Shown here in pieces: positions 36,500-49,337 of a stretch of DNA of 64,000 bases. Both the position numbers and the translations under genes were made by a program. Positions within the stretch are counted from its first letter, which is position 1. Every line of letters begins with the position of its first letter. The DNA comes from Hydrolagus colliei. Lineage: Eukaryota. The notes beneath the pieces were generated by a model. That model saw only the letters and a list, made by a program, of their open reading frames with translations, was not told the DNA's origin and made no database searches. Location of the stretch: positions 42,656,001-42,720,000 of the forward strand of contig CM068744.1 of assembly GCA_035084275.1 (NCBI GenBank), read 5' to 3'.

Positions 36500-39400
36500 T
36501 TCTCTCCTACAGCCCCCCCACCCCACACACCCTGTGTGACTCACTCTCTCTGCCTGTGTGACTCTCTCTCTCTGTCTCTCCCTGTGTAGCTCTAACTGTC
36601 TGTGTGTAACTCTCACTCTGTGTCCCTGTATGACTCTCTCTCTCAATTTGTGACTCTCTCTCTCTCGATGTGTGACTCTCTCTCTCTCTCTCTGTGTCTC
36701 TCTCTCTCTCCATCTATGACTCTCTCTCCCTGTGTAACTCTCACTCTCTGTCCCTGTATGACTCTCTTTATGATTCACTCTCCATGTGTGCTCTCTCTCT
36801 CTCCCTGTGTGACTCTCTCTCTCTCCGTGTGTGACTGTATCTCTGTATGTGTGTCTCTCTCTCTCTCTCTCCATCTCTCTCTCTCCCTGTGTGTGACTCT
36901 CTCCCCCTGTGTGTCTCTTTCTCTCACTGTGTGTCTCTCAATTCAAGATCCTGGTCCTCACATTTAAAGCCCTCCATAACCTTGCCCAACCCTACATCTG
37001 TGACCTTCTAACCCCTTACCAACCTGCCCACCCCCTTCACTCAGCAGGCTCTGGCCTGCTCCACGTTCCCCGCCCCACCCACCCCACCATTGGCGGGCGA
37101 GTCTTCAGCCACTCTGCTTCCAACTTCTGGAACTCCATCCCGCAATCCCTCCGCCTCACACCGTCCTTGACCTCCTTCAAGTCTCGCCTCAAGAATCTCC
37201 TCTTCGATGACCAATCGGCACCTCCTAATCCCCCCTTCCTTCCCCCCTCCCCCCCCACACCCTGTCCTAAACTCTGGTCTGAAGCAATAACTGTCCAGCC
37301 CCTCGGGAAGTCCTCCTCACGTGAAAGGTGCTGTACAAGTGTCATTGTTGTGTGACTCTATCTCTCCCTGTGTGACTCTCTCTCCCTAAGTATCCCTCTC
37401 TCCCTATGTGACCCTCTTTCTCTCTCTCCCTATGTAACTCTCTCTCTCCCCCTATGTGACTCTCACTCTCTCTCTCTCACTCTCTCTCTCTCTCTGTGAC
37501 TCTCTCGCTTTCCCTATGTGACTCTCTCTCTCTCTCTCTCTGTGTGATTCTCTCTCTCCCTATGTGACTCCCTCTCCCCCTGTGACTCTCTCTCCACCTA
37601 TGTAACTCTCTCTCCCCCCCTAAGTGACTCTCTCTCTCTCTCCCTGTGTAACTCTCTCTCCCCCGTGATTCTTTCTCTCCCTGTGTGACTTTCTCTCTCC
37701 ATGTGTGACTCTCTCTCCCACTATGACTCTCTCTCTCCACCTGCGTGACTATCTATCTCCCTCTCACCGTGTGACTCTCTCTGTCTCTCTCCCTGTGTGT
37801 GTGTCTCTCCCTGTGCGACTCTGTATCTTCCTATGTGACGCTCTCTCTCCCTGTGTGATTCTCCTGTGTGTGCGTTTGTGTGAGTGTCTCTCTCTCTCCC
37901 TGTGTAACTCTGTGTGACTCTCTCTCTCCCTGTGTAACTCTCTCCCCCTGTGTGACTCTCTCCCCCTGTGTGACTGTCTCTCTGTCTATCGCCCTGTGTG
38001 TCTCTCTCCCCCTGTGTGACTGTCGCTCTCTCTCACTCTCCCCGTGTGAATCTCTCTCTGTCTCTCTCCCTGTGTGTGTGTTTCTCTCTCTTCTTGTGTG
38101 ACTCTCTCTCGCTCCTTGTGTGAGTCTCTCTTTCTCCCCTGTGTGACTCTCTTTCTGTGACTCTAACTCTCTCTGTGTGTTTAACTCTCTCCCTGTGTGA
38201 CTCTCTCTCTCTCCCCCTAAGTGACTCTCTCTCTCTCCCTGTGTAACTCTCTCTCCCCCGTGATTCTCTCTCTCACTGTGTGACTTTCTCTCTCCCTGTG
38301 TGACTCTCTCTCCCACTGTGACTCTCTCTCTCCACCTGTGTGACTATCTATCTCCCTCTCACCGTGTGACCCTCTCTGTCTCTCTCCCTGTGTGTGTCTC
38401 TCTCTCCCTGTGTGTGTCTCTCTCTCCCTGTGTGTGTCTCTCTCTCCCTGTGTGTGTCTCTCTCTCCCTGTGCGACTCTGTCTCTCTCCCTGTGTGATTC
38501 TCCTGTGTGTGCGTTTGTGTGAGTGTCTCTCTCTCTCCCTGTGTAACTCTGTGTGACTCTATCTCCCTGTGTAACTCTCTCCCCCTGTGTGACTCTCTCT
38601 CCCCCTGTGTGACTCTCCCCCTTTGTGACTGTCTCTCTGTCTATCGCCCTGTGTGTGTCTCTCTCTCCCTGTGTGACTCTTTCTCTCTCTCCCCCTGTGT
38701 GATTCTCTCTCTCCCTGTGTGATTCTCTCTCTCCCTGTGTGATTCTCTCTCTCCCTGTGTGATTCTCTCTCTCCCTGTGTGTCTCTCTCTCCCTGTGTGA
38801 CTGTCTCTCTCTCTCTCCTCGTGTGAATCTCTCTGTCCCTCTCCCTGTGTGTGTCTCTCTCTCCCCGTGTGACTCTTTCTCTCTCTCCCTGTGTGATTCT
38901 CTCTCTCCCCCTGTGTGACCCTCTCTCTCTCCCTGTGTGTCTCTCTCTCCCTGTGTGACTGTCTCTGTCTCTCTCCTCGTGTGAATCTCTCTCTGTCCCT
39001 CTCCCTGTGTGTGTCTCTCTCTCCGTGTGTGACTCTCCCTCTCTCTCCCTGTGTGACTCTCTCTCGCTCCTTGTGTGACTCTTTCTCCCCCATGTGACTC
39101 TCTCTCTCCCCGTGTGACTCTCTCTCTCTCTCTCTCTGTGACAAACTCTCTCTGTGTGTTTAACTCTCTCCCTGTGTGACTCTCTCTCTCTCTCTAACTG
39201 TGTGACTCACTCTCCCTCTCTCTCCCTGTGTGTGTGTGTGTCTCTCTCTCTCTCCCCGTGTGACTATTTCTCTCTCCCAGTGATTCTCTCTCTCCCTGTG
39301 TGACTGTCTCTCCCCGTGTGACTCTCTCTCTCCATGTGCAGTGCGCTCTCTCTCCCTGTGTGATTCTCCTGTGTGTGCGTTTTTGTGAGTGTCTCTCTCT

Positions 39401-42400
39401 CTCCCTGTGTAACTCTGTGTGACTCTCTCTCTCCCTGTGTAACTCTCTCCCCCTGTGTGACTCTCTCTCCCCCTGTGTGACTCTCTCCCCCTGTGTGACT
39501 GTCTCTCTGTCTATCACCCTATGTGTCTCTCTCCCCCTGTGTGACTGTCGCTCTCTCTCACTCTCCCCGTGTGAATCTCTCTCTGTCTCTCTCCCTGTGT
39601 GTGTGTTTCTCTCTCTCCTTGTGTGACTCTCTCTCGCTCCTTGTGTGAGTCTCTCTTTCTCCCCTGTGTGACTCTCTTTCTGTGACTCTAACTCTCTCTG
39701 TGTGTTTAACTCTCTCCCTGTGTGACTCTCTCTCTCTCCCCCTAAGTGACTCTCTCTCTCTCCCTGTGTAACTCTCTCTCCCCGTGATTCTCTCTCTCCC
39801 TGTGTGACTCTCTCTCCCACTGTGACTCTCTCTCTCCACCTGTGTGACTATCTATCTCCCTCTCACCGTGTGACCCTCTCTGTCTCTCTCCCTGTGTGTC
39901 TCTCTCTCCCTGTGTGTGTCTCTCTCTCCCTGTGCGACTCTGTCTCTCTCCCTGTGTGATTCTCCTGTGTGTGCGTTTGTGTGAGTGTCTCTCTCTCTCC
40001 CTGTGTAACTCTGTGTGACTCTCTCTCTCCCTGTGTAACTCTCTCCCCCTGTGTGACTCTCTCCCCCTGTGTGACTGTCTCTCTGTCTATCGCCCTGTGT
40101 GTCTCTCTCCCCCTGTGTGACTGTCGCTCTCTCTCACTCTCCCCGTGTGAATCTCTCTCTGTCTCTCTCCCTGTGTGTGTGTTTCTCTCTCTTCTTGTGT
40201 GACTCTCTCTCGCTCCTTGTGTGAGTCTCTCTTTCTCCCCTGTGTGACTCTCTTTCTGTGACTCTAACTCTCTCTGTGTGTTTAACTCTCTCCCTGTGTA
40301 ACTCTCTCTCTCCCCCGTGATTCTCTCTCTCACTGTGTGACTTTCTCTCTCCCTGTGTGACTCTCTCTCCCACTGTGACTCTCTCTCTCCACCTGTGTGA
40401 CTATCTATCTCCCTCTCACCGTGTGACCCTCTCTGTCTCTCTCCCTGTGTGTGTCTCTCTCTCCCTGTGTGTGTCTCTCTCTCCCTGTGCGACTCTGTCT
40501 CTCTCCCTGTGTGATTCTCCTGTGTGTGCGTTTGTGTGAGTGTCTCTCTCTCTCCCTGTGTAACTCTGTGTGACTCTATCTCCCTGTGTAACTCTCTCCC
40601 CGTGTGACTCTCTCTCCCCCTGTGTGACTCTCCCCCTTTGTGACTGTCTCTCTGTCTATCGCCCTGTGTGTGTCTCTCTCTCCCTGTGTGACTCTTTCTC
40701 TCTCTCCCTGTGTGATTCTCTCTCTCCCTGTGTGATTCTCTCTCTCCCTGTGTGATTCTCTCTCTCCCTGTGTGTCTCTCTCTCCCTGTGTGACTGTCTC
40801 TCTCTCTCTCCTCGTGTGAATCTCTCTGTCCCTCTCCCTGTGTGTGTCTCTCTCTCCCCGTGTGACTCTTTCTCTCTCTCCCTGTGTGATTCTCTCTCTC
40901 CCTGTGTGACCCTCTCTCTCTCCCTGTGTGTCTCTCTCTCCCTGTGTGACTGTCTCTGTCTCTCTCCTCGTGTGAATCTCTCTATGTCCCTCTCCCTGTG
41001 TGTGTCTCTCTCTCCGTGTGTGACTCTCCCTCTCTCTCCCTGTGTGACTCTCTCGCTCCTTGTGTGACTCTTTCTCCCCCATGTGACTCTCTCTCTCCCC
41101 GTGTGACTCTCTCTCTCTCTCTCTCTCTGTGACAAACTCTCTCTGTGTGTTTAACTCTCTCCCTGTGTGACTCTCTCTCTCTCTCTAACTGTGTGACTCA
41201 CTCTCCCTCTCTCTCCCTGTGTGTGTGTGTGTCTCTCTCTCTCTCCCCGTGTGACTATTTCTCTCTCCCAGTGATTCTCTCTCTCCCTGTGTGACTGTCT
41301 CTCCCTGTGTGACTCTCTCTCTCCATGTGCAGTGCGCTCTCTCTCCCTGTGTGATTCTCCTGTGTGTGCGTTTTTGTGAGTGTCTCTCTCTCTCCCTGTG
41401 TAACTCTGTGTGACTCTCTCTCTCCCTGTGTAACTCTCTCCCCCTGTGTGACTCTCTCTCCCCCTGTGTGACTCTCTCCCCCTGTGTGACTGTCTCTCTG
41501 TCTATCACCCTGTGTGTCTCTCTCCCCCTGTGTGACTGTCGCTCTCTCTCACTCTCCCCGTGTGAATCTCTCTCTGTCTCTCTCCCTGTGTGTGTGTTTC
41601 TCTCTCTCCTTGTGTGACTCTCTCTCGCTCCTTGTGTGAGTCTCTCTTTCTCCCCTGTGTGACTCTCTTTCTGTGACTCTAACTCTCTCTGTGTGTTTAA
41701 CTCTCTCCCTGTGTGACTCTCTCTCTCTCCCCCTAAGTGACTCTCTCTCTCTCCCTGTGTAACTCTCTCTCCCCCGTGATTCTCTCTCTCCCTGTGTGAC
41801 TCTCTCTCCCACTGTGACTCTCTCTCTCCACCTGTGTGACTATCTATCTCCCTCTCACCGTGTGACCCTCTCTGTCTCTCTCCCTGTGTGTGTCTCTCTC
41901 TCCCTGTGTGTGTCTCTCTCTCCCTGTGCGACTCTGTCTCTCTCCCTGTGTGATTCTCCTGTGTGTGCGTTTGTGTGAGTGTCTCTCTCTCTCCCTGTGT
42001 AACTCTGTGTGACTCTATCTCCCTGTGTAACTCTCTCCCCCTGTGTGACTCTCTCTCCCCCTGTGTGACTCTCCCCCTTTGTGACTGTCTCTCTGTCTAT
42101 CGCCCTGTGTGTGTCTCTCTCTCCCTGTGTGACTCTTTCTCTCTCTCCCTGTGTGATTCTCTCTCTCCCTGTGTGATTCTCTCTCTCCCTGTGTGATTCT
42201 CTCTCTCCCTGTGTGTCTCTCTCTCCCTGTGTGACTGTCTCTCTCTCTCTCCTCGTGTGAATCTCTCTGTCCCTCTCCCTGTGTGTGTCTCTCTCTCCCC
42301 GTGTGACTCTTTCTCTCTCTCCCTGTGTGATTCTCTCTCTCCCTGTGTGACCCTCTCTCTCTCCCTGTGTGTCTCTCTCTCCCTGTGTGACTGTCTCTGT

Positions 42401-43860
42401 CTCTCTCCTCGTGTGAATCTCTCTCTGTCCCTCTCCCTGTGTGTGTCTCTCTCTCCGTGTGTGACTCTCCCTCTCTCCCTGTGTGACTCTCTCTCGCTCC
42501 TTGTGTGACTCTTTCTCCCCCATGTGACTCTCTCTCTCCCCGTGTGACTCTCTCTCTCTCTCTCTCTCTCTCTGTGACAAACTCTCTCTGTGTGTTTAAC
42601 TCTCTCCCTGTGTGACTCTCTCTCTCTCTCTAACTGTGTGACTCACTCTCCCTCTCTCTCCCTGTGTGTGTGTGTGTGTCTCTCTCTCTCCCCGTGTGAC
42701 TATTTCTCTCTCCCAGTGATTCTCTCTCTCCCTGTGTGACTGTCTCTCCCCGTGTGACTCTCTCTCTCCATGTGCAGTGCGCTCTCTCTCCCTGTGTGAT
42801 TCTCTCTCTCCCTGTGTGTGCGTGTGTGTGCGTCTCTCTCTCTCTCTCTCTGTGACTGTCTCTCTCCCTGTGTGACTCTCTCTCCCTCTGTGTGTCTCTC
42901 TCCCCCTGTGTGACTGTCGCTCTCTCTCACTCTCCCCGTGTGAATCTCTCTCTGTCTCTCTCCGTGTGTGTGTCTCTCTCTCTCCTTGTGACCCTCTCTC
43001 GCTCCTTGTGTGAGTCTCTCTTTCTCCCCTGTGTGACTCTTTCTGTGACTCTAACTCTCTCTGTGTGTTTAACTCTCTCCCTGTGTGACTCTCTCTCTCT
43101 CTCTCTCTCCCTGTGTGACTCACTCTCCCTCTCTCTCCCTGTGTGTCTCTCTCTCTCTCTCGTGATTCTCTCTCTCCCCCTGTGTGACTCTCTCTCTCCC
43201 TGTGCAGTGCGCTCTTTCTCCCTGTGTGATTCTCTCTCTCCCTGTGTGTGTCTCTCTCTCTCTCCGTGTATGACACTCTCTCTCTCTGTGTGACTCTCCC
43301 TCTCTCTCCCTGTGTGACTCTCCCTCTCTCTCCCTGCGCGACTCTCCCTCTCTCTCCCTGTGTGACTCTCCCTCTCTCTCTCTGTGTGACTCTCTTGCTC
43401 CTTGTGTGAGTCTCTCTTTCTCCCCTGTGTGACACTCTGTCTCTCCCCGTGTGACTCTCTCTCTCTCTGTGTGTGACTCTAACTCTCTCTCTGTGTTTAA
43501 CTCTCTCCCTGTGTGACTCTCCCTCTCTCTCCTTGTGTCTCTCTCTCTCCTCGTGTGACTCTCTCTCTCTCCCAGTGATTCTCTCTCTCCCTGTGTGACT
43601 GTCTCTCCCCCTGTGTGACTCTCTTTCTCTCTCCCTGTCTGACTCTTTCTCGCTCCTTGTGTGAGTCTCTCTCTCTCCCCCGTGTGACTCTCTCTCTCTC
43701 TGTCACTCTAACTGTCTCTCTCTGTGTGTTTAACTCTCTCCCTGTGTGACTCTCTCTCCCCGTGTGACTGTCTCTCTCACTGTATGTATCTCTCTCCCTG
43801 TGTGTGTCTCTCTCTCCGTCTCCCTGTGTGACTCTCTCTCTCTCCCTGTGTGACTCTCTG
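36500..43860. repeat. Intronic (CT)n/(GT)n satellite, unit ~CTCTCTCCCTGTGTGA, with kb-scale higher-order repeats
   Basis: Marker TGTGACAAACTCTC recurs at about 39138, 41128 and 42573; interrupted by an L2 tail at 36940-37350. Confidence 0.95.
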
Positions 43861-43890
43861 TTGATGTGATGATGTTGATGGGTTACTTAC

Positions 43891-44232
43891 TGGTCACATT
43901 AATCACAGTCCCAGCTCCGTAGACAGTACCATACACACCACAGGTATAGACAGCGGAGTCTGTGAGTCTCACATCAGTGATGGTCAGAGAACAGCTGTTG
44001 TCGTTGATGTGTTTCTTTGACTCAAAACGGTTCCCAACATTCTGTCTCCCAAAGTGATTCTCATAATGGGCAATTATATGTTTCCTGCTGTCCCCAGGTA
44101 GCTGCTGGTACCAGTGGAGATGCACTGGCTTCATCTCAGCGCCTCCCAAGACACACAGTGAGTGGACGGTCTGACCCTCTCTCACAATTACATGTGGCGG
44201 AGTCTGTGTCAGGACAGCAGCTGGGGTTCCCC
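43891..44232 (-). CDS. Gene B exon 2, VJ-type domain V1
   Basis: Inside ORF 43883-44284; acceptor TTTACAG and donor A|GTAAGT; about 96% identical to gene A V1 by manual alignment. Confidence 0.93.
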
Positions 44233-44896
44233 CTGTAAACAGTGAATAGGTACAGACAGTCACAGGGTGAGGAGTGAGACACACACACAGGGCAGCAGAT
44301 TGAGCACCTTGTCTCTGATCAAAGCTACAAAGATGGTGTTAATCAGGGCTGTATATGTTATAGGTTGTTCATAGGATACAGTGCAGTGTGACTGAGAGGA
44401 AGTGTTTGGGAAAGAAGGAGAAATTGCTTAGTAGAGAGGGCGAGAGCGATTGAGAGAGAGAGAGAAAATGATTGAGAGAGGGAGTGATAGAGAGAGCATG
44501 ATAGATAGAGAGTGAGAGCGAAATGGACTGAGAAAAACTTACATCCTCCCTCCCTCCCTTCCTCCACCCTTCTCTCACTTGCTCACTGTCTCCCTCCCTC
44601 CTTTACATATTTCCTCCCTCACATTCTCCCATCCTTCCCTCTCTCCCTCTCCCTCCGACTCTTTCTGTTCCTCACACCGTGCCTCCCTAACTCACAATCT
44701 CCCTTACTCCTTCTCTCCCTTGGTCTCTCCCTCAGACCCTCACTCTGTCTCGCTCCCCCACCACAACCCTCACTAACTCACTCACTATTATTACTGCATC
44801 CCCTTCCAACCTCCTCTCACTCCCTTACTCACTCACTCGCTCCATCCTTCACTCACTGACACACTCCCTCCCATCCTCTCTCCCTCACCCACTGAC

Positions 44897-44945
44897 CTTC
44901 AGTCACCCAGAGGAGCAGGCTCACAGTGAAGACACTTGTTCTCAT
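44897..44945 (-). CDS. Gene B exon 1, signal peptide MRTSVFTVSLLLWVTE(G)
   Basis: Paralog of the gene A leader; donor G|GTCAGT. Confidence 0.88.
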
Positions 44946-45220
44946 CTCAGCGATGCTCAGGTTAGATGTGAAATGAAATGGAGAAGCTGTGATGGAGCTC
45001 AGGCAATTTCTCGCTGCCTGTTGCACAAGATCCTATTTTCTCATATAAAGAGGAAGGAGAGAGAGATAGACAGGCAGAGAGAGTGAGACAGACAGAGAGA
45101 GACAGACCGAATGGGCTGACTTGTCACACCAACACTGATCACAACTGCTCAAACACCTCCTATTTGGTGTTTGGTGTAACTGAGTGAGGTCAGGTTTTTT
45201 GCTGAGAGAAAGCTTTCACA
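44946..45220 (-). promoter_or_regulatory. Gene B proximal promoter
   Basis: Paralog of 16921-17168; AAAGAGGAAG at 45047-45056. Confidence 0.55.
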
Positions 45221-45879
45221 CTAACACAGTGTCAATAAAACATTCTCACTCAGAGGCCAGAGAGATGCCACTGAGGGTTTGAGAGCCGCTGAACCTCTCA
45301 GAAAGTTTTACAGAAAGGCCAGGGGCACCGAGCTAGGAGGGGAGGAGGGAGATCTCAAGGTCCCAGTCACATACACACATTTTAAGAGAGTTTTGAAGTC
45401 AGAGAGAGAAGGTGCAGAGCGAGGGATTTGGGGAGAGAGTTTCAGAGCAGCAGCTCAGTGGTTTAATTTATAAATACAGAGATCAGGGATCATGTAACAA
45501 TAATAATAATACTTGCATTTGATACAGTGCATTATTGCTCCTTCGAGAAGTCTCAAAGCTTCACAGGTTTCACTGTCCAGTGAATTGACTGTGTATTTTG
45601 TGGGCAAAACATGGCAGCCAATTGCACCCCACAAACAGTTGTGGATTGAAGTGACCAAAGTATTATTATTTATTTGAGGGATTATGAAACTCATAAAATC
45701 GACAGACAAGCAGGTTCCTACTTACTGCTAGGTGCAGAGGAAGGAAACTTGCCTATAATTTAGCAGGATGTCAGGAATAAAGTCAGGAAGTACTGACAAA
45801 CCTCTATAAAACTTTGGTTAGGCCTCAGCTAGAGCACTGTGTTCAATTCTGATCAGCACACTTTTGGCAGGATATTAAG

Positions 45880-47740
45880 TTGAGCTTGTGAAAGTCACAA
45901 ACAATGTCCTCTCTATCTGTGACCAGGGCTCCTTCTGCCTCCTTATCCTCCTGGACCTGTCTGCTGCATTCGACACAGTCGACCACGCCATCCTCCTCCA
46001 CCGCCTGTCCTCCGTCATCCACCTCAGTGGGACCGCACTCGCCTGGTTTGAGTCCTACCTCACAAACCGCCAGCAGTACATCTCCACAAACGGCTTTTCC
46101 TCCCGCTCTCACCCAGTTACCTGTGGGGTACCCCAGGGATCCATCCTTGGCCCCCTCCTCTTCCTCATCTACACGCTCCCTCTTGGGGATGTCATCCGCA
46201 GACAAGGGGCACACTTCCACACTTATGCAGATGACACCCAACTCTATTTCTCCACTTCACTTTGCAACCCCTAGTCGCCTGATGTTCTATCAGCCTGCTT
46301 GTCAGACATCAAGAGCTGGATGAGCATGAACTTCCTACAGCTGAATGTTGACAAGACGGAGGCCATACTCTTTGTCTCACATCAACATCTCCAATCATAT
46401 GGCTCTCACCTCCTCCACCTTCCCGGCCTGCCCCTAAAACTCTCCGAACCTGTGCGCAACCTAGGCATCAGGTTTGACCCCCAACTGTCCTTCCTCCCCC
46501 ACATCCAATCCCTCAACAGCACCGCTTTCTTCCACCTCAGTCAGATTGCCCGTCTCCAGCAATATCTCACCCCAAAAGCCGCTGAAACCCTGGTTCATGC
46601 CTTTGTCACCTATCGGCTGGACTATTCCAATGCTCTCCTCGCTGGTCTCCCCTCCACCACAATCCATAAAATCCAACTCATTCAAAACTCTGCCACCCAC
46701 ATTCTCACCCACACCAAACTTCACTCCCCCATTACTCCATTCCTTGCCAGACTTCAAAGGCTCCCTTTCTCAGAGAGGATAGATTTCAAGATCCTCACCC
46801 TTGTCTTCAAATCCCTCCACTCCTCTGCACCCTCCTACCTCTCTGACCTCCTCTCTCCTCAAACCAGCAAGTTTAAATAGATAAATTGCCCAAACTAAGA
46901 CCCTTTGCTCCACCGGGTCTGGCGTCCTCCGTGTCCCCCGAATCCTGCGTTCCACACTTAGTGGCCATGCTTTCAGCCATCACGCCCCAATAACTTGCTC
47001 ACTCCCTTGCTCACTCCCTTCGCCTCGCCCCCTCTCTTCCCAGTTTCAGGCCCAGACCTTTCTCTTCGATCGTGCCTTTGGTCACCTTTTTACCCCTGCC
47101 CCTGGCTCGGTTCCGGGATCCGTTGTTGTGAAGCGCTCTGAGACACCATCGGGCGTGGAGCGCGCTATATAAATGTAAGTTTTGATTGATTGAAGTTGTT
47201 GTTGTTAAAGCATTGGAAAGGGTGCAGAGGAGATTTACCAGGATGGTACCAGAAATGAGGGACTTCAGTTATGAGGAAAGGCTAGGTTTATTCTCATTGG
47301 AGCAGAGAAGGTTCTAAGGAGACCTAATAGAAGTTTTATCATCCTTGCATTTACATTTTGATATTGTTTTCAAGATCATGAGGGTATTCGATAGGGTAAA
47401 CGGGGAAAAACTGTTTCCACTGGTGTGTGTGTCAGCGACCCGAGGTAACAGATTTAAAATAGTTTCTAAAAGAAGCAGAGGGGAGGTGAGGAGAAATGTT
47501 TTCACTCAAGTTGTTCGAATCAGGAATGCATTGCCTGAATAGGTGATGGAGGTCGATTAGATAACACGTTTAAAAGAGAGGTAGACGTTTATTTGGGGAG
47601 GACCGGTTTGCGTGGTTATTGGGGGAGAGCTGGGGAGTGGGATTGAGTTGCTCTTTCTTTTCAAAGAGCTGGCACAGACTCGATGGGCCGAATGGCCTCC
47701 CTTTGTGCCGTAAGATTCTATGATTCTATGAATTTGTTCT
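45880..47740 (+). mobile_element. L2 RT fragment followed by CR1 3' fragment
   Basis: ORFs 45888 (LLDLSAAFDTVDH..YADDTQLY), 46299 and 47345. Confidence 0.9.
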
Positions 47741-49337
47741 GACCTTAGCAAAAGCAGTATGGGTGTATTGGGAGAATTTAATTTTCACATAGGCTGGAAT
47801 AGATGAGGAATATCTCGAAAGTATGGATAGTTTTTTCAAACAATATATTTTAGAACTGACAAGGGAACATGCCATAGTAGATTTGATACTGAATAACAAA
47901 CCAGAATTAGTGAACAATCTGACAGTAAGGGAACATCCTGAAAATAATAACCATAATATAATTAAATTTGATGTTCGATTGCAGAGTCCCTCAGATATAA
48001 GGGAGAGTTACAAACCAGGATTCTAAATTTAAGCACAGCAACCTTTGAAGGAATGAGAAATAAATTAACAGCAATAAACAGTCTATTAATGCATAAATTC
48101 ATGGACATTACATTCAAATCCATTCACTCCCTGATACTCCCTACCTCTACAACCTCCTCACTCCCCAATCCACCACCTGGCACCTCTGACCACTGGCCCT
48201 GGCCTCCTGCTCCACCATCAGAGGTTGCATTTTAGCCACGACACCCTAAACCTCAGGAAATACTCTCCCTCAATCTCTCTGCCTTCTCACCTCCCTCCCA
48301 CTTATTAAGTCCCACCTGAAAATTCCCCCCCCACTCCAAGCTCAGTGTTAGGTTCCTCCAGTTCCTCCAGTCAGGGATCGGATCTGACCCAAGCACGGGG
48401 GAGGTGCAGTGTAGGGGTGAGGGGAGGGAGAGAGGTGGGAGGGTAGCAGAAGGCCTGATCGAAAAGTATGGTCTTGAGACAGGCCTTAAGTTCCAGAGTG
48501 TGGGGGCAGAGAGGCTGAAAGCCCGGCCAGTGATGATAGCGCGGGTCGGGTGGGGAACATGGAGCAGACTGGAGCCCGCTGAACGGAGGGAGCGGGGAAG
48601 TTCATAAGGGGACAGCAGGTCGGATGTTTTAGTCATGATTTTCTGAAGCTGAATATTTGGGAATTGTGGAGCATTATCAATGTCACTCCATTATTTGAGA
48701 AACCAGAGAAACTACAAACCTGTCAGTTAAACTTCAGTTGTAGGGAAGACACTATAATCTCTCAACAGGGACAGAGTGGCTGAGCACTTGTCAAGTTTGA
48801 GCTAATTAAAGCATGGACGTGTGAAGGGTAGATCATGTCTGACTAATTGAATATTTTGACGTCACTAATATGGTGGACAAGATAATGTCTGTGGATGTCT
48901 ACCGTATGAACATCCAGAAGGCATTTGACAAGGTTCCACACAAGATGTTATTGGCAATAATAACAGCTGATGGCATTGGAGGTAACCATGTGAGGTGACT
49001 TGCTGATTGGTTAGGAGGCAGGAAACAATACAATATAAAGGAATACAGAGTTTGATTTACAAATTTGCAGATGTCACAAAGTTAGGCAACACAGTAAATT
49101 ATAATAATAATCCTTGCATTTGATATAGCGCTTTTCACATCTTACCGACATCTCAAAGTGCTTCATGGAATATACTGTGATGTGAATTGACCGCATGGGC
49201 AAAACATGTAGAAAGGAGCAGAATGTTAGTAAAGGTACTAGTGAGTGTGCCAAACTGTGGCAGGTGGAATTCAATATGGGGAAGTGTGAGGTCATCCAGT
49301 ATGGATCCAAAAATAATAAAACAATATACTTTCTATA

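Larger units (their letters stand above)
30740..44945 (-). other. Gene B span: paralogous receptor, leader-V-V-V-TM-tyrosine-motif tail; 3' end uncertain
   Basis: Phase-compatible exons at 44945-44897, 44232-43891, 36442-36098, 35862-35512, 33532-33413, 32488-32424 and 31723-31680. The final exon is tentative. Confidence 0.75.

Noticed and set aside
36467-43706. Many long RE/ER-rich or CVSLS-rich ORFs
   Set aside because: They are translations of the CT/GT satellite within an intron.
21131-44232. A rearranging TCR or Ig locus
   Set aside because: No RSS, no separate D or J segments and no intact C exon; the V domains are spliced in tandem to TM and tyrosine-motif tails.
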